32,000 bases of DNA from Deinococcus radiodurans R1 = ATCC 13939 = DSM 20539 (GCF_000008565.1 NC_001263.1:2162956-2194955); one strand, 5' to 3'; positions 10,052 through 19,503 are shown, numbered from the stretch's first letter. The notes: generated by a model not told the origin, from the letters alone. Numbers and translations: made by a program.

Positions 10052-10318
10052 ATGCATAAAACTTTGACTGCTTTGCTCAGCGTCCTCGTGCTCAGTGCCG
10101 CTGCCGCGCAGACGACGGCACCCAAGCAGACGACCCCCACCCCAGCGCAGGCGCAAAAGGCCACGGCGGTCACGCAGGAGAACGCGCGCAAGGCGCAGGC
10201 CAAGAAGACCAACAACCTCAGCCGCTACCAGCGCACCGAGTGTGCTCGCAAGCACGGCAACATCGTGAAAAATCCCCAGGGCAAACTGGTGTGCATCGTG
10301 CCCAAGCCCAAGAAATAA
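10052..10318 (+). CDS. small secreted basic protein, hypothetical
   Basis: ATG start and signal-like MHKTLTALLSVLVLSAAAAQ. The mature part is Lys/Gln/Thr-rich with 2 Cys. A terminator follows. Confidence 0.55.
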   Translation: MHKTLTALLSVLVLSAAAAQTTAPKQTTPTPAQAQKATAVTQENARKAQAKKTNNLSRYQRTECARKHGNIVKNPQGKLVCIVPKPKK

Positions 10319-10335
10319 CGAAGTGCCATTCCATG

Positions 10336-10362
10336 CCGTTCCCTGACCGGGAGCGGTTTTTT
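10336..10362 (+). terminator. rho-independent terminator
   Basis: CCGTTCCC (10336-10343), TGAC loop, CGGGAGCGG, then T6 (10357-10362). Confidence 0.55.
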
Positions 10363-10375
10363 ATGCCCCCACCGC

Positions 10376-10402
10376 AAAAAGCCCCCGCCGTGAAGCAGGG
10401 GC
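10376..10402 (-). terminator. rho-independent terminator (minus strand)
   Basis: Minus-strand GCCCCTGC-TTCACG-GCGGGGGC with one mismatch, followed by T5 (plus-strand A5 at 10376-10380). It lies downstream of the stop at 10420. Confidence 0.45.
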
Positions 10403-10419
10403 CAGAGAAAACAGCAGGT

Positions 10420-10611
10420 TTATTCGTTGTCGAGCGCGGTGTACTTGGTGTTGCCGGTTTCCACGTTCTCGTCCAGCGTCTCTTCACTCATGTTCGCGCC
10501 GGGTTCCTGGCGGGCGCCGCGACCGGGCTCCATGTTCATGTCACGGGCCTGACCTTCCTCGACAGCGGTGGAGTTGGCGGGGTTGGGGTTCTGGGCATCG
10601 TCTTTGGTCAT
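10420..10611 (-). CDS. small acidic hydrophilic protein (63 aa), hypothetical
   Basis: ATG at 10609-10611 (MTKDDAQNPNPANSTAVEEGQ...). No hydrophobic core. GC3-rich. A terminator follows. The longer track start at 10689 is unsupported. Confidence 0.45.
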   Translation of the reverse strand: MTKDDAQNPNPANSTAVEEGQARDMNMEPGRGARQEPGANMSEETLDENVETGNTKYTALDNE

Positions 10612-10763
10612 GGGCCTATGCTGCGGGGCCGGCCTCGCCGCAAAGTGAGAGGAGAGACTACTTTCCTTTCGGCGCACTGGCGAAGCCACAAACTATGAAT
10701 AAACCCCGAAGGCCAGGGCCGCCGGGCAGGTCAGTCAGCACTGACATTTGGCAAACAGGGGCA

Positions 10764-10847
10764 TGGTATAGTCCGCTCTGCTATGGAGCCTCCCAGTTCT
10801 GGCTCTTCCCGAGCGCCCAGGGACACCCGCCCGCAGGCGGTTTTTTT
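10764..10847 (+). promoter_or_regulatory. orphan promoter-terminator unit (candidate ~70-nt sRNA or terminating leader of the CorC-type gene)
   Basis: Extended -10 TGGTATAGT (10764-10772). Terminator CCGCC (10827-10831), CGCA loop, GGCGG (10836-10840), then T7 (10841-10847). No plus-strand gene lies upstream that it could terminate. Confidence 0.35.
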
Positions 10848-10970
10848 ACTGTGGCTGACCCCCCTTACCGGCCACCGACGCCGCTTCGCTCCGCTGACTC
10901 GGCGGGTGCGGGCGGCGGGCAGCATGTGCCAGGCGGATGACCGGGACGCGAACACGGAGCGCGTCACTGC

Positions 10971-12303
<1,333 letters not shown>

Positions 12304-12311
<8 letters not shown>

Positions 12312-12777
12312 ACAGAATGCTGAATCTATTGCTTCCCACCCGGACGGCAACGCCCTGCACCTGACGCCCGACCCGCAACTGCTCGCCGGGGCTCAGGCCG
12401 CGTTCAAGCAGGCGTATGCGCCCTACAGCAAGTTCCGGGTCGGCGCCGCGCTCCGCACCCCCGACGGGCAGGTCTTTTTCGGGGCCAACGTCGAAAACTC
12501 CAGCTTCGGTCTTACCCGCTGCGCCGAGCAGTCGGCGGTGCAGGCCCTGGCGACGGCGGGCGGACGGACCTTCACCGACCTGGTGGTCTACACCGAGGCC
12601 AGCCCGCCCGCGACTCCCTGCGGGGCCTGCCGCCAGATTCTGTTCGAGTTCGCGCCCGACGCCCGTGTGGTCTGCACCAACGCGCAGGGCGAGGTCATCA
12701 GCGGCCTGGTGCGCGACTTTCTGCCGCACGGCTTTCGGCTGGCGCAGGAAGAGGAAGAGCCCGGAGCAGGCGGGTGA
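12304..12777 (+). CDS. cdd: cytidine deaminase
   Basis: Zinc-deaminase motifs CAEQSAV and PCGACRQILFEF, plus AYAPYSKFRVGAAL. GTG start at 12304 overlaps the upstream stop (GTGACTGA). The start is not certain. Confidence 0.85.
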
Positions 12778-12793
12778 GCTACGCTGAGCGGCG

Positions 12794-14101
12794 ATGATTG
12801 ACCGCTACCTGACCCCCGAAATGAAGGTTCTCTGGAGCGAGGCGAACAAGTACCGCGCCTGGCTGAAGGTCGAGCTGAGTGCCCTGCAGGCGCAGGCCCG
12901 GCACGGCGAGGTGCCCGCCGAAGCGCATGCCGCGCTGGTACAAAAGAGTGAAGCCGACCCCCTCGACGACGCCTTCGCGCAGCAGGTGGCCGAAATCGAG
13001 GCCGTGACCCGGCACGACATCGTGGCCTTTACCCGCGCCCTGACCGAGCGTTACGGCGAGGAGGCCCGCTTTATCCACCACGGCCTGACGAGCACCGACG
13101 TGGTGGACACCGCGCAAAACCTGCTGCTTGACGAGGCCATGGGGCTCATCATCACCGACGTGCAGACGCTGCGCGAGGTGTGCCGCATGCAGGCCGCCGC
13201 GCACAAGCACACGCCGGTCGTGGGCCGCACCCACGGCATCCACGCCGAGCCGATGACCTTCGGCCTCAAGTTCCTGAACTGGATGGCGACGCTCGACCGC
13301 GATCTGGAACGGTTGCAGGCCGCGCGGGGCCGCGTGCAGGTGGTCATGCTCTCAGGCTCGGTGGGCACCTACGCGCACGTCTCACCCAAAATCGAGGAAG
13401 AAGTCGCCGAGAGCTGGGGCTGGCACGCCGCGCCCGTCACCAACCAGACGCTTGCCCGTGACCGCCACGCCGAGGTGCTCGCCGCGCTCGCCATCCTGGG
13501 CACCACGCTGGAGAAAATCGCCGTGGAAATCCGCCACCTGCAACGCAGCGAGGTGCGCGAGGCGATGGAACCCTTCGGCAAGGGGCAGACCGGCAGCAGT
13601 TCGATGCCCCACAAGAAAAACCCCATCCTGACCGAGAACGTGACCGGCTTTGCCCGTTTGCTGCGCGGCTTTCTGGCGACGGGCCTGGAGAACGTGGCAC
13701 TGTGGCACGAGCGCGACATCAGCCACTCCAGCGCCGAGCGCGTCATCTTGCCCGACGCCACCGCCAGCGCGAGCTACGCGACCCGCCGCCTGACCGGGGT
13801 GCTGCGCGACCTGGTGGTCTTCCCCGAGCGGATGCTCAAAAATCTGGACGACCTCGGCGGTCTGGTGTTCAGCCAGCGCGTGCTGCACGCCCTGATCGAC
13901 GATAAGGGAATGATGCGCGAGGCGGCTTACGGCATCGTGCAGCGCAACGCCCTGAAGTCCTGGGAAACCGGCGAGGGCCTGCGCGACCTGCTGAAGGCCG
14001 ACCCAGAAAACCCGCTGAGTGACGCGGAACTCGACGCCGCCTTCGACTTGCAGTGGTACCTGCGGCACGTGGACGACATCTACGCCCGGTTTGGGATGTA
14101 A
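12794..14101 (+). CDS. purB: adenylosuccinate lyase
   Basis: Fumarate-lyase signature [11 protein letters not shown]. Overall PurB-like translation ([10 protein letters not shown]...HGLTSTDV...). ATG start at 12794. Confidence 0.95.
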   Translation: MIDRYLTPEMKVLWSEANKYRAWLKVELSALQAQARHGEVPAEAHAALVQKSEADPLDDAFAQQVAEIEAVTRHDIVAFTRALTERYGEEARFIHHGLTSTDVVDTAQNLLLDEAMGLIITDVQTLREVCRMQAAAHKHTPVVGRTHGIHAEPMTFGLKFLNWMATLDRDLERLQAARGRVQVVMLSGSVGTYAHVSPKIEEEVAESWGWHAAPVTNQTLARDRHAEVLAALAILGTTLEKIAVEIRHLQRSEVREAMEPFGKGQTGSSSMPHKKNPILTENVTGFARLLRGFLATGLENVALWHERDISHSSAERVILPDATASASYATRRLTGVLRDLVVFPERMLKNLDDLGGLVFSQRVLHALIDDKGMMREAAYGIVQRNALKSWETGEGLRDLLKADPENPLSDAELDAAFDLQWYLRHVDDIYARFGM

Positions 14102-14180
14102 GACAGACTGCGATTGCAGCCCCTGGTGCTGGGGATGCAATCCGAACGGAGTGAGCAGCAGCCCAGACGATTTCGTCCAG
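14098..14180. repeat. Repeat family R2, copy F (hairpin module)
   Basis: GTAAGACAGACTGCGATTGCAGCCCC...GGGGATGCAATCCGAACGGAGTGAGCAGCAGCCCAGACG aligns with copy E. The purB TAA (14099-14101) lies inside the aligned block. Confidence 0.6.
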
Positions 14181-14191
14181 GTAAAACGAAA

Positions 14192-14233
14192 GAGGGGCAC
14201 GTCCAAGTTACGGACGCGCCCCTCTTTTCTTTC
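14192..14233. terminator. bidirectional terminator between purB and the V4R-like gene
   Basis: 13-bp stem GAGGGGCACGTCC (14192-14204) / GGACGCGCCCCTC (14212-14224) with one mismatch. TTTTCTTTC follows on the plus strand and TTTCGTTTT on the minus strand. Confidence 0.6.
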
Positions 14234-14244
14234 TGCCGTCAGCT

Positions 14245-14709
14245 TTACAGCGGGCTGAACACGAAGCGGTCGTACTCGCCGCCGCGCAGCACGCTTTCGG
14301 TGTGCTCGCCGAGGAAGGTCTGGCCGGTGATGGCTTCCAGCGCGCCCCACACCGCACCCAGGGTAAAGGTGCACTTGCGGTCGCTGCCCTGCTCCTCGCC
14401 CGCGCTGCACACGGTGTCGAAGCAGTCGACGATGTAGTTGTCGCCGTCCTTGACCACGCTGTGCACGCCGGTCAGGCGGGTGCCGTCCTTGCCGATGGCG
14501 CCATTGAGCAGCTCGGCGAGTTGTTCGGTGGGCACGTTGGCGCCGGTCACGCCGAGTTCACCGGCGAGGTTGTGGCCGCGCACCTTGCCGGCGCGGGTAA
14601 AGACCACGGCGGCGCCGTCGGGGCCGAGGGTGTCCTCGATCCCGGTAATCACAGCTTTGAAGCAGACGACAGAGTTGAAGTCACCGAGGGTGGGTCGCAG
14701 TTCGGACAT
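14245..14709 (-). CDS. V4R-like (4-vinyl-reductase-type small-molecule-binding) domain protein, last gene of the GTPase module
   Basis: ATG start with AAGGAG SD. The C-terminal half KCTFTLGAVWGALEAITGQTFLGEHTESVLRGGEYDRFVF fits my recollection of the V4R pattern (C.F..G...G....G......E......G.....F). The family call is tentative. Confidence 0.55.
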   Translation of the reverse strand: MSELRPTLGDFNSVVCFKAVITGIEDTLGPDGAAVVFTRAGKVRGHNLAGELGVTGANVPTEQLAELLNGAIGKDGTRLTGVHSVVKDGDNYIVDCFDTVCSAGEEQGSDRKCTFTLGAVWGALEAITGQTFLGEHTESVLRGGEYDRFVFSPL

Positions 14710-14766
14710 TGAGGTACTCCTTGAGGGGGAAAGAAGTCAGAAGGACAGGGCGGGAAGGGCAGAAGC

Positions 14767-15144
14767 TCAGAGCACCAGCGCGACGGTGCGCGCGGCGTCA
14801 CGGGCTTCCATGTGCAGCAGGCCGAGGTTCATGCCGGTGGGGGTCACGACGGCGAGCACGCCCTTGCGGCCCGTGGCGTACACGTACACCTGACCGTCGG
14901 CGCCGCTCACCGACATCTCGGTCAGTTCGCCGGTGCCCAGCGTGTCGTTGATGCGCTTGCCCAGACCCAGGGCGGTGGCGGCCATCGCGGCCACGCGGTT
15001 GGAGTCGGTGGTGTCGCTGAACGACTGCGCAATCGGCAGGCCGTCGGTGGTCGCCACCAGGGCGCCGCGAAGTTCGGGGAGAGACGTGCGCAGGCTCTGG
15101 AGGGTGGCCTGGAGTTGTTGCTGTTTGCTGGCGGGGGCGGTCAT
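14767..15144 (-). CDS. Roadblock/LC7 (MglB/CvnB-like) domain protein
   Basis: 125 aa. LPELRGALVATTDGLPIA ... GQVYVYATGRKGVLAVVT is the typical Roadblock/LC7 pattern. The ATG overlaps the upstream stop (ATGA at 15141-15144). Confidence 0.8.
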   Translation of the reverse strand: MTAPASKQQQLQATLQSLRTSLPELRGALVATTDGLPIAQSFSDTTDSNRVAAMAATALGLGKRINDTLGTGELTEMSVSGADGQVYVYATGRKGVLAVVTPTGMNLGLLHMEARDAARTVALVL

Positions 15145-15695
15145 GCGGTCTCCTTTTCAGTCTGGGTTCCGGATTCGGACTGAGTCTCGGGGGTGAGTTG
15201 CGATTCGAGCAGGTGGATCAGCACCTGCCGGGCGCTGTCGGGTTCGGTGGCCTGAAGGCCAATCACCTGTTCGGTCGGCAGGTCAAAGTAGCTGGCAATG
15301 TCCTGCGGGCTCCAGACGTCCTCGAGGTCCTGGCGGGTGACGCCGACCACGAAGGGCACCGGGTTCCGGCTGGTGATGAATTCGAGAATGTGCCGGGCGT
15401 GCAAAAAGTCCTGCGGGCGGTTGCCGGCGACCAGAAGAACCAGCCCCAGCGCGCCTTCACACAGCACGTCCCACATGAAGTCGAAGCGGTCTTGGCCCGG
15501 CGTGCCGTAGAGGTGCAGCTCGGTGCCGTCGAGAATGAGCGTGCCGAAGTCGAAGGCGACGGTGGTGGTGGCCTTGCCGATGTCCTCGCTGGCATCGGCC
15601 TCGGTGCTGACGACCGGGGTTTCGGACAGGGTCTGGACAAAGGTGGTCTTGCCCGCCCCAACCGGGCCGGAGACGACGAGTTTCATAGGAATCAT
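15141..15695 (-). CDS. small P-loop GTPase (MglA/CvnD-like, COG2229-type)
   Basis: G1 GPVGAGKTT, G2 region TTTVAFDF and G3 LYGTPGQDRF. The G4 position reads TRQD instead of NKxD. The ATG overlaps the upstream stop (ATGA at 15692-15695). Confidence 0.85.
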   Translation of the reverse strand: MIPMKLVVSGPVGAGKTTFVQTLSETPVVSTEADASEDIGKATTTVAFDFGTLILDGTELHLYGTPGQDRFDFMWDVLCEGALGLVLLVAGNRPQDFLHARHILEFITSRNPVPFVVGVTRQDLEDVWSPQDIASYFDLPTEQVIGLQATEPDSARQVLIHLLESQLTPETQSESGTQTEKETA

Positions 15696-16327
15696 GCAGA
15701 ACTTCCTCCAGTCAGGCGTCGCAGGGCGCTCAGCAACCTGCGAACAGGACCAGCGGGCTGGGCGCTGACCTGGGCCTGCGCGGCGGCCCGTTGCGGGGCA
15801 ATCAGGCCAGCGGCGCGCAGACGGTAGAGCTCGGCTCGGGCTTCGGGCAGGCTGACCCGCAACTGGCCTGACAGGTCCGTCGCCGAGGCCCCGTGCTGAA
15901 GCAGCGGCGAGAGCGACGCCCAGCTCGCCCGCAGCGCTTCGGGCAGCGCCACCGAGCGCGCCGACGGCACGACCTCGAAGCGAGTGTCGGGGTGCGGGAG
16001 CTGCTGCTCGGGAATCGCGCTGCCGCTCAGGGCTTCACGAATCAGCTCGTTCACGGGCAGCGCAAAGTGGTACTCGGTCGGGCCAGCCTCAAAGCTGTAC
16101 TCGCCGCGCGCTCCATTCACGAGTTGCGCCACCGTGTCGCGGACGCGCAGCGGCTCGCTCACGGGAAAGCCGTCGATAAAGATTGCTTGCAAGGTGCCCT
16201 GTTGCAGGTGCAGCTCCACGCTGCGGCCCGCCAGAGCGGTGCGCATAAACAGCACGCCGGTATGGCGCTGGAGCACCTTCATGATGTCGTTGAATGCGTG
16301 GTACTCGAAGTCACCGTAAATGGCCAA
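15692..16327 (-). CDS. DUF4388-like N-terminal domain with DUF742/CvnC-like wHTH C-terminus, first gene of the GTPase module
   Basis: The only possible start is TTG 16325-16327, because an in-frame TAG lies two codons upstream; AGAGG serves as SD. N-terminal YGDFEYHAFNDIMKVLQRHTGVLFM and C-terminal SATDLSGQLRVSLPEARAELYRLRAAGLI. Family calls are from memory. Confidence 0.6.
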   Translation of the reverse strand: MAIYGDFEYHAFNDIMKVLQRHTGVLFMRTALAGRSVELHLQQGTLQAIFIDGFPVSEPLRVRDTVAQLVNGARGEYSFEAGPTEYHFALPVNELIREALSGSAIPEQQLPHPDTRFEVVPSARSVALPEALRASWASLSPLLQHGASATDLSGQLRVSLPEARAELYRLRAAGLIAPQRAAAQAQVSAQPAGPVRRLLSALRRLTGGSSA

Positions 16328-16600
16328 GGTCTATCATCCGCCTCTTTGCCTGAATCTGGGGCCGGTCGGCTGAACTCTCGCGCTCCCTTGGGCACCCGGC
16401 AAGGACTGTAGGCGCGGAGTTCTTACACTTGTCTCACCCTGATCGGCACCCTGATCTCACAGCCGACTCTTTCACCGTCAGCCGTGGCAAATCAGGGCGA
16501 TGCCGCGCCCCAGCATACCTGTCCCAGGTACGCTTTTTCTGGGCTTTTCTTAGCCCTTGGAGCGACAAATGAGACTTCACTTCGTTAACAAAAGGTCGGC

Positions 16601-17233
16601 TCAGACGCCGCCGTTCGACTCTTCCCCCAGCTCGTAGGGCGCGGGCGGCAGGTCCGTCAGCAGCGGCCCGAAGGTCACGTCGCCATGAGCCGACACCGCC
16701 AGCACCCGGCGCTCGGCAAGGCTCCAGATGGCGCGGTGCACCGCCATTTCGCGCTCGGCGTGGCCTCCGGGGGCCAGAGCGTCAAGCAGCGCGGTGTAAC
16801 GCGGGACGGGCGGCTGGCCCCCGGTGAGCGGGCTGGCATCGGCCACGCGGGTCAGCACCCGGCGCTCCTCGGGGGTGGTCGCGTGGCTCAGCGCCTGCGC
16901 CCGCAGCTGCTGCTGCGCGGCCCGCTGTTCGCGTGCGTGACGGCGGGCGGCCAGGGCGGCGTCCACCTCCGGCGACAGCGGTTGCCCCCGCTCCTGCCGG
17001 CGCTGCTCGATCAAGTGTTCCAGACGCTCCTCAGCCCGGTTGCGCACCTGGCCGCGCAGGTCCTCGCCGCGCCCGCGCAAGTTGCCGGTCACGTCCTGCA
17101 CGCGGGGGTCGGTCAGCGCCCGCCCGGCGAGCTGCGACGCCAGCGCCCGCACCCGCACGCGCCCCGGCAGCTTCTGGCCCGGCGTGTCCGCTTCCGGCGG
17201 ATGGCTTTGCCTCTTCGCTGAGGGTTTGAACAT
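16601..17233 (-). CDS. hypothetical protein (Arg/Gln-rich, probably helical)
   Basis: ATG start and a GC3-rich 210-aa ORF. No family recognised. Confidence 0.5.
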   Translation of the reverse strand: MFKPSAKRQSHPPEADTPGQKLPGRVRVRALASQLAGRALTDPRVQDVTGNLRGRGEDLRGQVRNRAEERLEHLIEQRRQERGQPLSPEVDAALAARRHAREQRAAQQQLRAQALSHATTPEERRVLTRVADASPLTGGQPPVPRYTALLDALAPGGHAEREMAVHRAIWSLAERRVLAVSAHGDVTFGPLLTDLPPAPYELGEESNGGV

Positions 17234-17313
17234 GCCCCCTACGCTGTCACGTCCTGACTGCCTCTGAATGTGAGGCGAGGGGCAAGTGAGGCGGGGGCCG
17301 CTAGCATCAGGGC

Positions 17314-18609
17314 ATGTCCGGCTCCGCCCCGTCTGGTCCCGCGCCTGTCCGCCGCTTTCGCGCTGTCGCCGTGCAGCCCCAGTGGTCGGCGCAGGATTTC
17401 GGGAGTGCCCCGGCGTTCCGGCGCTGGCTGCGCTCGCAACTGGAAGCGGCGCGGCCCCACCTGGCTGCGGACCGGCCCACCCTGGTCGTGCTGACCGAAC
17501 TCAACGGCCTGCCGCTGGTGCTGCGTGGCGACGGCTGGGCAGCGCGGCTGGGCACCTTCGAGCGGGCGGCGGCGGCGCTGTTCGTGCGGCGTCTGGGACG
17601 GGTGTTGCCGGTGCTGCTGCGCGAGCGCGTCTCCCCCATCCGTGCCCTGCAACTGGCCGGGAGTGACGAGAACGCGGCGCTGTACCTCGCAACCTGCCGT
17701 GACCTGGCGCGCGAATACGGCGTTTACCTCTGCTCAGGCTCCACGCCGCTGCCGCGCTACCGCCTGACCTCGCGTGGCGTAGAGCGCGAGGCGGGCACGC
17801 TGACCAACCAGACGGTCATTTTTGGGCCGCAGGGCGAACTCATCGGCTGCACCGACAAAGTGCACCTCACGCCCGACGAGGAGGCGGGCGGGGTGGACCT
17901 GACGCCGGGCCGCCTGGACGAGCTGCGGGTCTTCCCCACCCCGGTCGGGGACCTGGGCGTGGCGATCAGCCTGGACGCCTTCCGCGCCGACGTGATCGAG
18001 CGCCTGGAAGCTCAGGGCTGCACGGTGCTGCTGCAACCCGACGCCAACGCCGCGCCCTGGACCTCGCTCGAAGGCTTGCCGCCTGACCCGGCGCACGTGC
18101 GCGACCAACCGCTCGCCTGGCTGGAATCGAGCTGGCAGGTGACGCAGCGCACGCGCATTCCCTACGCCGTCAACCCGATGGTGGTCGGCAACCTGCTTGA
18201 CCTGACCTTTGACGGCCAGAGCGCGATCGCTGGACCCGCTGCCGAGGCGCCGCAGCCGCGCAGTTACGTGCTCACCGACCCGCGCCCCGGTTTTCTGGCG
18301 CTGGCGCCCTGGGTGGCCCCGGACACGACAGCGCCCGAGGAGCTGCGCGAGATCGGGCAACAGCTCGCGGCCCGCAGCGGTCACCCCCGCGAAAACCAGT
18401 ACCTGACGACAGTCCTGCACGCCGATCTGGAACTGCCGCCCACCACCTGCCCGGTGCCGCCCGCCACACCACACGAGGACGCCCTGCGCGCCTGGCTGGC
18501 GGGAGAGGCCACACTGGGACGCTCCCCAAAGGCCCGATTGGGCGGATGGGCGCTCGTCGGCGTGGGCGTGCTGGCGCTGGCCCTCCTCGGGCGCAAACGC
18601 AACCGTTGA
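17314..18609 (+). CDS. carbon-nitrogen hydrolase (nitrilase superfamily)-like protein with C-terminal TM anchor
   Basis: FRAVAVQP, LVVLTELNG (Glu), DKVHLTPDEE (Lys) and GVAISLDAF at the position of the usual G..IC.D Cys motif. C-terminal LGGWALVGVGVLALALLGRKRNR. Confidence 0.7.
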   Translation: MSGSAPSGPAPVRRFRAVAVQPQWSAQDFGSAPAFRRWLRSQLEAARPHLAADRPTLVVLTELNGLPLVLRGDGWAARLGTFERAAAALFVRRLGRVLPVLLRERVSPIRALQLAGSDENAALYLATCRDLAREYGVYLCSGSTPLPRYRLTSRGVEREAGTLTNQTVIFGPQGELIGCTDKVHLTPDEEAGGVDLTPGRLDELRVFPTPVGDLGVAISLDAFRADVIERLEAQGCTVLLQPDANAAPWTSLEGLPPDPAHVRDQPLAWLESSWQVTQRTRIPYAVNPMVVGNLLDLTFDGQSAIAGPAAEAPQPRSYVLTDPRPGFLALAPWVAPDTTAPEELREIGQQLAARSGHPRENQYLTTVLHADLELPPTTCPVPPATPHEDALRAWLAGEATLGRSPKARLGGWALVGVGVLALALLGRKRNR

Positions 18610-18673
18610 CAAGTTTGGGGGCCGCCCGTATACTTCCTCTCGCGCTTGAGACAGGCAGCGCACCCGCCGAGTC

Positions 18674-18763
<90 letters not shown>

Positions 18764-18790
18764 AAGCTTCGCAAGGAGCACATGACAATC

Positions 18791-18885
<95 letters not shown>

Positions 18886-18909
18886 AGCAGTACCCGAGTA
18901 ACACCCGAG

Positions 18910-18988
<79 letters not shown>

Positions 18989-18993
18989 CCAAG

Positions 18994-19021
18994 CCTCCGC
19001 GCAAGCGGGGGTTCTTCTTTT
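18994..19021 (+). terminator. terminator of the tRNA cluster
   Basis: 7-bp stem CCTCCGC/GCGGGGG (one G-U pair) closed by a GCAA tetraloop, followed by TTCTTCTTTT. Confidence 0.7.
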
Positions 19022-19056
19022 GCTTTGTGGCGCTTTCCCAGAGATGATGGAGGCAG

Positions 19057-19503
19057 ATGACCCCCGACCTCTCCCGACAGGCCTTGCAGACCATCGCTGC
19101 CTATCTCCCCATCTTCGGGGCACCGAACTTTCACTTCACCGATGGAGCCTCTCCTGTCTGCCCGATGGCGGACGGCTCCCTGCACCTGTTGGGCTACAGG
19201 TATGAAGAACAGGTCTTGAATCTCGTCCACACCGCCGATCAGCTCGGCTGGATCTACCAGGACGAGCATTTTCAGTGGTCCGAATGGCTGCAAACCGCAC
19301 AGGCCCAGGCCCTTCGCAACGATCCGGCAGCTCTGGCACAGGCCACCCCGAGGCAGCTGGCCCAGCTCCTGACCGTCTTCGCCCGCCAGGAACGCTTCTG
19401 CGAAGGAACACAACTGGCGTTCTGGGAAAGTGGGCTGCTGCTCGGCCTTCTGCGGCGTGCCGATGTGCTGGCGCGGCAAGGTGAGACGTCACCCCTACGC
19501 TGA
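19057..19503 (+). CDS. hypothetical protein with atypical codon usage
   Basis: ATG start, 148 aa. Noticeably more A/T-ending codons than neighbours (GCT, TAT, GCA, TTT, GAT, GGA, TCT, CCT). Family not recognised with confidence. Confidence 0.6.
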   Translation: MTPDLSRQALQTIAAYLPIFGAPNFHFTDGASPVCPMADGSLHLLGYRYEEQVLNLVHTADQLGWIYQDEHFQWSEWLQTAQAQALRNDPAALAQATPRQLAQLLTVFARQERFCEGTQLAFWESGLLLGLLRRADVLARQGETSPLR

